Source of the DNA: Saccostrea echinata
Lineage: Eukaryota
DNA: 64,000 nucleotides
Assembly: GCF_033153115.1 (NCBI RefSeq)
Contig: NW_026889814.1
Location: forward strand, 930,001-994,000
Direction: 5' to 3'
The position numbers and the translations under genes were made by a program. This document shows positions 11,723 to 23,933 of this stretch, piece by piece. The notes below the pieces were generated by a model that was not told where the DNA came from, did no database searches, and saw nothing but the letters and a program-made list of their open reading frames with translations. How positions within the stretch are numbered: position 1 is the stretch's first letter; the number at the start of each line of letters is the position of its first letter.

Positions 11723-14700
11723 TTATAAAAACAATTGATTCCATTGATTCCAGTTGGTGTCAAATACCTCTTTGTCTCCATTTTTGTATGATAAATATTT
11801 CTGAGTTTCATAAAAAAGTTTAATATGTGAAGTTGCAGGTCTGACATCTAATTTTTTTCCTAAACATCTCATTGTATAAATATAGTATTTTATCCACAAG
11901 GCCAACAAGTTATGAATATCTTTGTTTTTTTCCTAGAAACCCCAAAATAAAACTTTGCTTTGTGAGTGAAAGTTGCAGCCCTATCTTTTGCTCACAATAT
12001 ACTTCAAGACTGTTAAGAAAAGTGTGTACATTGTCACATTCCCATAAAACTTGTATTATTGTTTCTTCTTCCATATTGCAAAAAGAACATAGTTTATCAT
12101 CTCTTTTCCTAATTTTATATAGATAGGAGTTTGTACCAAGTATTTTATTTAAAATTCTATATTGAAACCATTGAAGTTTACTATTTTTTGTAATTTTAAA
12201 AGGAAGTGTAAAAATCATCTTCCATTCATTTTCCCCAAGTCAAAAATATCATTCCATCTTGTTTTCCCAGTGGGTTCAACATCATTAACATTGATTATTT
12301 CATAAAACTGTTTTGCTTTCTTACACTTTGAAAGAATATGAGTGCTAGACAAAATTAATGGGTTTGGTAATTTTGCAATAATATCATTAATGTTCATTGC
12401 TTTCATCCATGCTTTTACAGCATGTATTATACCTGCAAATTCTAAGAAGTTGAGTTTAATATTTGGATATATATCACGAAAACCCTCATAACTGTAAAAG
12501 AAACCATTATCATCTATAAGATCATTTATAAATCTAATATTCAGGTCATACATATTCTTATTATAAATAGCTTTCCCACCAATGACAATTTTAGGATTAT
12601 AAAAATCGGTACATCTCCTGAAACCTTACAGTCAATAGAATATTTATCATTTAAAACAGTCCAAGCCTCAAAGACATCTTTCCAAAACTTGTTTTTTAAA
12701 TTCTTCATGATAGTTTTAATATATTCAATGCCACATGTTAATATTTTTATCAAATCTATATTAGGTAAAAAGTTTTGTAAACCTTTATCTGACAGAATGA
12801 GCTGTCTCATCCAAAATAATTTAAGAGATGCAATGAAAGCTTTAAGATTTATCATTTTTAGTCCGCCTTCTTCGTATTTTTTTACTAAGACATCTTTCCT
12901 CACTCTGTGATGTAAAGCATTCAATACAAATGAAAAAATTAATTTTTCAAGTTTTTTCAAAAAATTTTCTGATGGGTTGGGAATAGCCATTAGTATATGA
13001 TTTAAGAGACGTAGAACAAGAGTTTTAAGAACAGTTATCTTCCCAATAGGTGTCAAATATCTCTTACTCCACTGGCTAATAGTGGCTTTTATTTGTCTTA
13101 TTTTGGGTTCATAATTAAGTCTTTCAATTTCACTTAAATCAACATCATAATGAATTCCAAGTAAGGTAAATCTTGTACATCCCCACTTAAGATTATACTC
13201 ATGACTTAATATTTCTTGACTATATTTTTTGGAACCAATCCAAACTGCATGGGATTTTGAACAATTGATATATAAACCAGACATTTTTGAAAATTTCTTT
13301 AATATTTTCATTACTTCTGTCAGTGATTCTTTACTACCATCTAACAGAATTGAAGTATCATCTGCTAGTTGTGATATTTTCTTTTCCATGTTCTTTACAG
13401 TTGTTCCCTTGATTTTTTTATTTTTTCTTATCAGAATTGCTAAAATTTCTGCACACAAGATAAAGATATAGGGTGATAGAGGATCCCCTTGTCTACAGCC
13501 TCTCTGAATGTTAAAACTTTTTGAAAAGTTACCACTCTGATTAATCGTGGAACTTATATTAGTATAAAACAATTCCACCCATTTTTGTATTGAGGGACCA
13601 AAGTTAAAAAACCTCAGGGAGTTCTGAATGAATTTCCATGAAATGGTATCAAAAGCTTTCTCAAAGTCAATCAATAGCAACAAGCCTGGTATATTTTCCT
13701 CTTCTGTATACTGCATAATATCATAAATCAAACGTGTATTTTCTCCTATGTACCTATTGGAAATAAAGCCAGTTTGATCGCTGTTTATTAATTTGTCAAG
13801 CATAATTTTTATCCTATTAGCAATAGTACCTGATGCAATTTTGTATACAGTATTGAGGAGTGTTACTGGCCGCCAGTTTTTGAGAAACTGTCTTGGCTTG
13901 TCCCCCTTTGGTAAAAGTGTTATTATACCATGTCTCTGTGTGATAGACAGTAGATTATTCTCATATGCATAGTTAATTGATCTGACAACAAAGTGTCCAA
14001 GGTATTTCCAAAAAACTTTAAAAAATTCTGTTGAAAAACCATCAGAACCTGGTGATTTGTCTGATTTCATTTTACTTAGAGTGCTAGAAGCCTCTTGTAA
14101 AGTTATAACACCTTCTAATTCTTCAGCTTCTGCATTAGATAACTTTGGAGTATCCTCAATTTTTAGATTAGACTCAAACTCTTTCAAATTTTGACTTAAA
14201 ACAGATTCAGAATATAATTTCTCATAAAATTTCTTTGTTTCTTCTAAAATTTGTGCTTGATCATGAATTATCTCTCCTGTGTCTAATTCTAGCATAGGTA
14301 TTATTTTACTAGTATAGTTCCTAGATTCTAGAGAACAGAAATATCTTGTAGGTTTTTCTCCTTCGTCTACCCATCGTGCCCTACTTCTTACACATATACC
14401 TTGTAATTTATGTCTTCTTAAGCTTTCAAATTGTTGTTTTTTGTTTTCTAAATCTAGAACATTTTCATCTGTAAGATTTTCTTCCAGGTGTTTTATTTCT
14501 TCTCTCAATTTTTTTTCTGCATTATCATTTTTCTTTTTTAAGTAGGAAGAGTATGAAACACTTTTGCCCCTCATTTCCATTAAGAGAGTTTCGAGAAACA
14601 ATTGATCATTTATAGTGAAACATATATCTTTACCGTGAAGAGAATCTATATATTTTCTTTCATAAACTGGTACAGCATACTGCATTTTAACATTATTGAT

Positions 14701-15501
14701 TACCTCTTTAATGCAATCTAAGTACTCTTTGTCCCTTAATAGAGAGTTATTAAACTTCCAAAAACCTCGTCCTTTTTTAAAGTCATAAAATTTTAACACC
14801 AAAGAAATCATGGAGTGATCTGATCTATAGCTAGTTTCAATGTCACATTTATTTACGCAGGGCAGGAGTGTTTCTGACATGACAAAAAAATCAAGTCGAC
14901 TTTGTTTGAAAAGTTTTTTTTACGCCAAGAATACCTTCGATCTTTTTCATGAAGTTGTCTAAAAGGGTCTATATATCCATTGCCCTCCATGATCTCTAGC
15001 AGTTTAGTTCTAGCTTTTGGATTATTTACATGTTTGTAATTAAAATAGTCTAATTCTGGATTCAACACTTAGTTAAAATCTCCACACCATATAACATTAC
15101 TACAATTCATGTCCTCTATATATGTTTCAATATTTTAAAAAAAAATCAGGAGAATCATTATTTGGACCGCACACCGTACATATTACTAATTCATGACCCT
15201 GGATACAAGCTTTTATAATATGAAAATTTCCATCTTTATCACCTTTCTCTGATATGACCTTGAAATCAAAGTTGTTATTTACAAGAAATGCAACACCTCT
15301 GGAACTACTCGTAAAAGAACTAAAAAAGCATTCATAACCCCACAAGTTTCTCACTTCATTTTCAATTTCAGATGAGAAATGAGGGTCTTGTAAACAGTAT
15401 AAGTTATATTTTAGTGTTTTTAGATAATGGAAAACATCTCTACGCTTTGCAACATCACCCAGACCTTGACAATTAACTGATAATATTTTAACTTCCATCA
15501 A
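11723..15501 (-). pseudogene. LINE ORF2: APE endonuclease + reverse transcriptase + C-terminal Zn-knuckle, disrupted
   Basis: SVNCQGL...LQDPH, GDFN, SDH (APE). KSPGSDG, NWRPVTLLN, DFEKAFD, GCRQGDPLSP, QLADD (RT). CSFC-x-EETIIQVLWEC. Broken by several frameshifts and an in-frame TAA after GDFN (~15069-15071). Confidence 0.92.
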
Positions 15502-15807
15502 AACAGAGTTCCGGCATAGAGTATTGACACCAACTGGAATTCATTCTGTGTAAATGTTTAGTTTTATGATACTTATTCTGAAAACATGCCATAAGGAAAA
15601 AGAGAGGAAAAGAGTGTATGAGAAAGAAAACATGAAAATAAAAATAAAAAAATATTTTGCGTCACAGTAATGTCTGTAGAAGACTTCACTGGCAATTTTC
15701 ATACCATTGACCACATGGTATGTCGTATAGCTCACAACCGGTTGTTTATATGATCATTATAATATACAGAACCCGTGCTTAATGGAATAATTTCCGGATT
15801 AGAGGTT

Positions 15808-17694
15808 TCACTCCTGGTCGTCTTTGAGATTTAATTTTTCCTCAATATCATCAAAAATATCAAACACAACCTTTTCACTCCCCACTTGACCATAGATGTG
15901 TCCATTAAAATACCATGCAGCCTTGATCCTGGGGTTTTCGAGAAGATCGTTTATAAGTTTGCTGTTCAAGTAGGTCACATCGTCACTGAGGCGAATCGAA
16001 GAATTCGTGTTTTTTTTTTTCATTGTTGATCTATGTATCATAATCCTGGTCTTGGCTGTATTGTTTTTCATTTTCATCAGGATTGGCCGTTGATACCCTT
16101 GTCTTCCCGGAATACGATGTATAGCTATGATATCATGCTCCGTAACTTCCACTCCATTGTTTTCTTTAATAATATCTTGTGCAACCTTCATGACATTTTC
16201 TCCCTTATTTTCTTTCACCCCATGTATTTTAATGTTGTTTTTTTCTCGAATATTGTTCATTCCAGTTTGATTTGGCTAGTGCTGATTTAGCAATTTGCTT
16301 TATTTCCTTGTTTTCTGCTTTTAGTTTTTCTATGTCGGATCTTTGATTGTCAATAGTTTCATGTAACGATCTTATTCTCTCCTCGTACATTTCTTCCATT
16401 TTTTTATTGTGATCAGAAATGATTTCGTTAACGATGGTACTACGCGAAATGTAATAACAACGCAAAATGTAATAAACCCGGATTATTGCCTTTTGCGTTA
16501 TTACATTTTGCGTCAATATCAACGCAGAATGTAATAACGCAAAATGCAATAACAGATGTTTTAGGGTTATTACATTTTGCGTCGAGGTCAACGCAAAATG
16601 TAATAACGCAAAATGTAATAACACGATTTTTTGATTATTACGTTTTGCGTTGTTACATTTTGCGTCGAGATTAAGCAAAATGCAACAACGCAAAATGTAA
16701 TAACACACTTTTTGGTCAGTGAGGCTGAGAATAATTTCAATTGAGTAGTGGATGAAGAAAATATACGGAAAGAAAATAAAACAAAAGGAAAAATAAATAA
16801 ATGCTAATTCTTACATTAGATCTGATTTCATCATATATTGATTTCATAAGCCATCTAAAATCATTTGATATTCAAATCATTGGTGTGGCAAATTTTAATG
16901 GACCCATGGTCAATCTTCGGTAATTTAGAATGTCTGTAATGGATATAAAATACAAAATGATTTTTAAATAGACATGTCATTCAAAGTTAAGTTAATGTTT
17001 TATAAGTATTCAATAAAAATATTAGAAACAGAGTAAACAAAATTTCACAATTAGATTTTGTAATTTCCGTAAAAGCCGAAACATTTGTCTCATAGTCATA
17101 GGTCTCTGTATGTTTATTTAGTAAAGCCACTTTCCCTATTGTTATACGTTTAAATCAATTTTCTTATGTTTCGCGTTGAACACAATACAAAAAAAATAAT
17201 TATATTTTGTTTAATTACATTTTGTTTTATTACATTTTGCGTTGTCCCCAAAGCAAAAATTAATTAACGCAAGATGTAACAACCAAAAAGTGTATTATTA
17301 CATTTTGCGTTAATCCCAACGCAAAATATGATAACGCAAAATGTAATAATCCAAAATTCGTGTTATTACATTTTGCGTTTTTACATTCTGCGTTGATCTC
17401 GACGCAAAATGTAATAACGCAAAATGTAATAATCCCGGTTTATTACATTTTGCGTTGTTATTACATTTTGCGTTGTAACAATGGTACTAACAATAATTTT
17501 CAGGTCATCATTTTTCACAGTTTTTTGACACTTTCCTTCAGAGACTTTAGATCCGCCAATATACTTTTCAAGATCTCGTCACCCTCCGATTGTTTTTCAC
17601 AGATTGTATCATCACTAACACTGACATTAGCACTGACATTTGCAGATGCACTCCTAGCATTAGCCCTTTTCTTTTGACCTTGACTGCCGGACAT
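15808..17694 (-). pseudogene. LINE ORF1 (coiled coil + RRM/transposase_22-like), interrupted by an insertion
   Basis: ATG at 17694 (MSGSQGQKKR). Removing the insert restores ...DDLKIIVSTIVNEIISDH.... NEQYSRK.NIKIHGV and IIAIHRIPG motifs. Two homopolymer frameshifts. Confidence 0.8.
16441..17480. mobile_element. Foldback-type non-autonomous DNA element with ~260-bp inverted arms made of short repeats
   Basis: Arms of AACGCAAAATGTAAT / ATTACATTTTGCGTT units. Right end ...TGTAACA. Target duplication ATGGTAC(TA), 7-9 bp, at 16434 and 17481. Confidence 0.85.
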
Positions 17695-19372
17695 TTTTGA
17701 AAAAAAAGGTTTTTAATGCACTGGTAATCTGTATATACTGTACTGAACACTGATGAACACTTTTCACGAGCACTACACGAACATCTCCATAAATTATGTC
17801 CCACAATCAATAAATAACAATAATGACTTACAGCAATGTAGCTTTTTGTAGAGTCTTAAGTTATATCATACTTTTTGAAAGTTTAAAGTGGGTACTATAC
17901 CACCAATATTGCCAGTTTTTTACGGAGCTGTCTACTCAACGTCCGCTTTGCTCTCCGCCATTACCGGAAGTTAATAAGCTGATAAGACTTAAGGAGGCTC
18001 ATTACACCACTTTTTGATGACGTACTACACAGTAGTTTTCTACTGGGGACGAATTGTACAGGTTCGCTTTGCTGATGATCTAAATCTTTAAAACGCTCTA
18101 AAAATAGACTACATGCGATGTTGTAAACAATAGGAATTTGGTAACAGATTAATAAATAAATCACGAACGAAGAAGGGTTACTTTTAAGTAGAGACCAAAG
18201 AGAATGACAGTCAAATCTTCGCTACCCAACTATTGTACAATGTCATAGCGAAAGCCGCATGTTCTATCCATGACAACATGTATGTATAGAGGAAACTCGC
18301 GTTGAAATTTACAACCTCGTTGAAATAAATTATAATTAACTTGCGCTTTTAGAGAACTGTACTCTTGTTGGTTTGTGTGCTTGTCTTTATTTCTTTGAAA
18401 AATGTATATTTATTTTAGAAACTTTAGCTTATTCTGAATCTGATATGATCAACCGTTCCTGAGTGTTTTGAGTAAGGGGGATTTAGGAAAGATAACTCTT
18501 GCAAGTGGACTTTTTATTCCAATTATTTTATAGATTGGAATTTTCATTTCCTTAAAACATTTTTCATTCAATTTGTCACTTGTTATTCATTAATATACAT
18601 TTCTTGTTTATTTATAACTGATTTTCCAAATTATTCATGCAAAGATTAAGAAGAAAATCACATTAATTCTTTTTTGGGAGAAAATTGTTTTTTCTAATAA
18701 AAATAATATTGAATATTATGAAGTGTTATTATATTTCTTACATATCTGATCTGAAGATGATATCCATCACTTGACACTGAGATTTCTGCAATACTTTCAA
18801 TCAGAAACTTGAAATAAAACATTTTACCAAAATCAGAAAAAAGATTAAAAATTCTTTAAAAAATATTTATTGTATCATAACCTCCATTTGGATATTTGAA
18901 ATCTTCATAAAAAGGGGTGCTGTAATGAAATCTAAAATAAACTGTGGGTGTAATGAGCCTCCTTAATATAACACTTGAATTTCGGCTTAAAAAAGCAAAA
19001 CTGAAATCATTTACATGGGATAGGTATAAAAGTGCGGACTGCTAAGAATGCTTTTTTTTTTGGCATTTGCAACAAAATAATATTAATAGGCAAGATTTAT
19101 TATCAACTCCCCTTTTCCAATTTTTTCAACTAAGTTTTTATCCCTGAGAAAATGATGTGTAGGCTACAGCCTTTTTGCCTATATGGAATATACGCCACTG
19201 ATAGGACATAAGAAAAATTAAGCTTTTCACAGGTTATGTAATTTACTCAATAAATGTCATTTTATATCTCAATTTGCCAGTGTCTAAGAATTCTTTTAAA
19301 TAACAATGTCTTAATTTTATGTACTAGTTCTAAGACCAATGGAATACCTTTTCCAGATTATTTCATTTTTTC

Positions 19373-19411
<39 letters not shown>

Positions 19412-20063
19412 AACTTAAAACCATCGGAGGATCGAATTGCTTTATTTGAAAAAGTTACTTAGAGGTATTTCACCGCCGGTTGCGTGCTTCGGCACTTGGC
19501 ATTTCAGTGGATTTACAGAATTTAGCGGGCAAAATGGACGCTTTAGCAGAAAATGTTGTGGACGATTTAGTTGCAGTGCCCCCTAATTCATTGAATTTGC
19601 CAGTATTAACTGTACATTATATATAATTAATAAAATATAATTGTACAACAGAAAACGGTTTTAACTCCCCCACCCCATCTCAATAAATAATAGAAATAGA
19701 AAATAATGTTTAATATCTGCTTTTCTCTCTCTCTCTTAAGTATTGTCGTATAACTTTCTTTTTATTTTGATTATCAAGATCTCTTGTTAATGCCCTCCAC
19801 CCACCCCAATGAAATTGATTCATTAATATAAGGGCCTGAAGTATGTGTTATATTTAACTTTTTCTCACGATTATATTTAACTTTTTTTTACTATGTATTT
19901 CAATACACTGAGAATTAACCTTTTTTAAAAAAATATTATTATTATTTTCCTTAAATTGTTCCTTATTATAATTGTTGATGCAATACCGGAAGACAAACTT
20001 TGTTACATTTGTAATAGTTCGACCTTGTTTTAATCCGAATTATGTGAGACCAACCCATATCGA

Positions 20064-20098
<35 letters not shown>

Positions 20099-20235
20099 GG
20101 AGAGTTGCAATGTTTATAGTATTGAAAGCAAAAGAGAGTTTTCTATCGAGTTAACTGAATTTAACAACAAACAATTCATGCAGTCTCATGCATTCTCTTT
20201 GTGTCTTATCTATTCTATATTCAATGTTCTTGAGA

Positions 20236-20372
20236 NNNNNNNNNNNNNNNNNNNNNNNNNNNNNNNNNNNNNNNNNNNNNNNNNNNNNNNNNNNNNNNNN
20301 NNNNNNNNNNNNNNNNNNNNNNNNNNNNNNNNNNNNNNNNNNNNNNNNNNNNNNNNNNNNNNNNNNNNNNNN
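20236..20372. other. Assembly gap
   Basis: Run of N. Confidence 1.
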
Positions 20373-20793
20373 AATTTTAAAACAAGTATTCAAACAAACT
20401 GATTTTAGGTAGCGAAAATTTTAAGGCATTTGGTGAAGCTGTTCTCAGTTCCCGAGTTTATACGGATTGACAAAAATGTTAGAAATAGCGAGAAAAAATT
20501 GTGAATTGAATAAGTAATTTCATAAATGATATTGAAACAACTTTAAACTTAACAAGTTAGTTTAAAGACTTGATACTGGATGGGTTAAGGTGGTTTAATT
20601 AAGTTTGGACATTAAGCCACCATTAAGCTGCAGCTTAAAGGTGGCTTAATGGTATCTTAATGAAGTTTGGACATTAAGCACCTAGAAGCTGCAGCTTAAT
20701 GGTGGCTTAAAGGAATTAACTTCTATAATTCACCATTAAGCTACCATTAAGCCACCATTAAGCGGTTGCTGAAAGATGATCTTTCGTCCTGTG
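20373..20793 (-). mobile_element. One end of a second copy of the CACTA-like element at 37900-40048, running into the gap
   Basis: Reverse complement of ~37900-38322, ending ...TTTCGTCCTGTG at 20793. Confidence 0.85.
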
Positions 20794-22729
20794 GGATCTC
20801 TCCACCATTTAACAGTTGTGGTATATAGATATTACAAAAACATATTGGTGATTAATGCAAAATAATAAATAGATAAGGCAGGTGTGAAATATAAAATACT
20901 AAGTTTATTGCGTTGCTATAAATGTGAAGTATGGGAATTCTAGGTCGGGGAGCGCAATTATTTTTTTTTTCTTTATAAACGAACAAAATTTTCTTATATT
21001 ACAAGATTGTGATACAAATAATTTTTAAACGATGAGTTATTTATAGTCTTTTTATGCATAAAATTGGTTGATTAATAATTGTCTTATAAATGAATCATAA
21101 TTCACATGCATCGGCAAATACAATGTTAAATATTTCCGGGGGAGGGGTGGGGTGTTCAAATGTAAACACAAACTTTGAGTTTTTGTTATTAACATGTTTT
21201 TATAGATAATTTTCTTTTTAAAGAAAATGTTGGGTTTTTTTCGGGATGCGCCTGATGCACCCCTTAAAAATGTATTGGAATCTTCATTACACTTCCAACA
21301 CTCTTCTTACGACTGTGATCGAGGTCATTTTCAACAGCGTGCCGGGAACTGAAAATTTGTTCTGCTACATGTATATGTATTATAGTTTGTCAATCATGGC
21401 TAAGATGACACCCAACAATAACGATTGATTTTTAATTCGTGAAATTTAATAGTTGTATTAGTATTTAATGGGTAAAAATAAGTACCCGTGGATTTTATTT
21501 CTTAAATTTATCCGATTCTCTGTAAACAGTGAATTAATTTCCCAGTGTATTCGTGAATAATAAAAAATAAACAGCTGATAAAGAAAAAAATCCGGAGTAA
21601 TCATAAATTTGTTGTATTATTAATCACGCAGTTCTAGAGCATATGTTTTTAGTTTTTAGGACACTGGACATGTATTCATGTATATTGAATGTATTGTTAA
21701 GAGCCGCAACTATTGATTACATTTTTTTTTGTCTAGACGGGATTTGAAATCAAGGATTTTGCAAGGTGGTGGGTATATTGTTTTTATTTGATAAACAATC
21801 CCCCCGTCTTCTCTATCATATTAAATTTCAATGATAAGTCAAAGTTTTTTTTTTTCTGTAATGAAGCGATATATTTACCATTCTAATTAAAGTGCAGTTA
21901 ATGAATTACATGTATCTGGTCCCGCTGGAGATATGGATATCCTTTTTTTTTTTTTTTTAGAAAGGACATTTGTTTCTATAATAATTTCTTCCCAATGGTA
22001 TACTTACTGAAACAAGTGTCAGTTACATTAAGCCATGAACAGAAGCAAGGTCTCGGTAATCTATCCCCCCCCCCATCCTGCACAATGTTCTTATTTGATA
22101 TAGTGTACATATTACCTTTGCAAATTATAAACAGAACCTAATTCAATCAAATGAAAGTATTTATTTACTAAATCAAAAAATGAATAAATCAATCAATAAT
22201 AGAAAAAAAGGAAAGAAAATCAATCCGTTTACAGAAATCATACACAATTTAATCATTTTTTTTTTCAAATCAATAACTGGGTTTATTTGTCAGCAATAAA
22301 ACGATTTATTAATATCAAGCTATAATTGTCAAAAGATTGAATGCTGTAAAGATTATGAATGACAAATATAATTATTTTTTCAGTGTGTAATTTAGTCTAG
22401 TGAAAAAGTTTTGTACATAGAAGATGATAGGCATTTCACCGGGCGCGTCACATACTCAGTGACAACTATAATATTAATAAAATACAACTTAACATTGTGT
22501 ATTTTTATCTGTTAATATAGTACTGGTGTAGCGAGTTCTAATCCTAACTTAATCTGAATGATTGCAATTCTTAACTAATCTTTGATTAATCCGTTATTTA
22601 CTTAATTTAACTAAAGTCCGAGAGATTCCGAATAGAAAATCCAGATCGAGGCCAAAACGTGCGAGAATCGTGTACAAAGCGTGTGAGAAACGTGTAGAAA
22701 GCGTTTTGTGCAGCCTTTCGTGCAAATCC

Positions 22730-23457
22730 CAGGGATTGACGTTAACGGTTGTCCAATTGCCCGGGACAAGTAAATTCTCAGTTCGAGCAAGTGAAACTGT
22801 CGAAGTACTTGTCCGATCGGGCAAGTAATTTTTTTTTATATACAAATGTATATATCATTTAGTTTTCATTAATTCGTAAATAGACAATAAATTGAACATT
22901 TGATTTCCGCCAGGTACTTGACTGACATCATTCGGAATTCCTTGATAGCGTTTCTAGATTATACCGTTCATTTAAAAATCGGGTTCAGTTTTCTTTCGTG
23001 GTAAAATACGCTAGAACCTCCAACAACTTTGTTACCTACTTCGTACTTATTTAGATTATTTATTCACTTACAAATAAGTAACATCTGATATATAACCTGA
23101 TCAAATATACGTTTCGTAGACACTATCTTCTTTTAGCGTTGCTTCACAGATATCTCTGAAAATTACAATTCACAAAAAGATCCTACCGAAAATAATTTTT
23201 AAAAATGTGATTTTTATTAAAAGGAAGCGGAGGATTATTGCTGCATGGCAGTGTGTGTTAAGAGGTTAAATTGACAAGGACAGTTGTATACATTTAATTA
23301 CAAACGCATATTATAAGTGTTTTTTGATCACATTTTTTTCTTAGCATAATTTTCTTCTTTCCTATTTTGGGCAACCAAGTTTTGCATTCGGACAAGTCAA
23401 AGTTTGAGATCACTTGCCCGAAAGGCAAGTGAATATGAAAGTTAATGTCTATCCCTG
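22730..23457. mobile_element. MITE with CAGGG termini (hAT-like) nested in a GCGTTTCGTG-repeat element (~22650-23649)
   Basis: CAGGGATTGACGTTAAC pairs with GTTAATGTCTATCCCTG. The same GCGTTTCGTG repeats lie on both sides. No TSD seen. Confidence 0.55.
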
Positions 23458-23933
23458 AAAGCGTTTCGTGTAAACCGTGTAGCGTTTCGTGTAAACTGTG
23501 CAGCGTTTCGTGCAAACCGTGTAGCCAGCGTGTACCGTTCGTGCAGCGTGCGTGTGGGGTAGTAACACGTTTCAGGGTCTGTAGGTCGCTCCTGAATATG
23601 GAAACACCCCACAGTAGTGTAGGGTAAACTTGTGTAAATCATGGCCCTGAGGCTAAGGCGGGGCTGGAATAGCAGTAAAAGCTTTAAGTGGAAATATATG
23701 GAATAAATATTCTAATATAATAAGGGAAATAAAATGCACATAAAAAATTTTTGAGGATAAATATTTGGAATCAATATCTTTAATATACATTATATGACAC
23801 ACTGTACATAGTAAAAAAGTATTATGAATGTTCATGGTAATGTTCAAACCAAATATAAAATTTCTTCCATTTTTGTCTACATTGAGATTCATAAAAAATA
23901 TCATTAGGACATTTTGAATAATTAAAAAAGAAA

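Larger units (their letters stand above)
11412..17978 (-). mobile_element. Full-length L1/Tx1-clade LINE
   Basis: Poly(A) tail (T run to ~11440) preceded by AATAAA. ORF1 and ORF2 present. GC-rich 5' end ACTTCCGGTAATGGCGG. Near-identical 12-bp TSD CTGATA(T/A)GACTT at 11400-11411 and 17979-17990. Confidence 0.92.
11123..19200. mobile_element. Non-autonomous DNA transposon with 16-bp TIR and 5-bp TSD (hAT5-like), host of the LINE
   Basis: CAGTGGCGTATATTCC at 11123 and its exact complement GGAATATACGCCACTG ending at 19200. ATAGG on both flanks (11118-11122, 19201-19205). About 1.5 kb once the LINE is removed. Confidence 0.8.

Noticed and set aside
16441-17480. Regular short repeats suggesting a CRISPR array
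   Set aside because: Eukaryotic context, repeats in both orientations, no unique spacers; these are the arms of a foldback element with a TSD.
20151-20412. ORFs containing X runs (also 27772-28071)
   Set aside because: Artefacts of assembly gaps.
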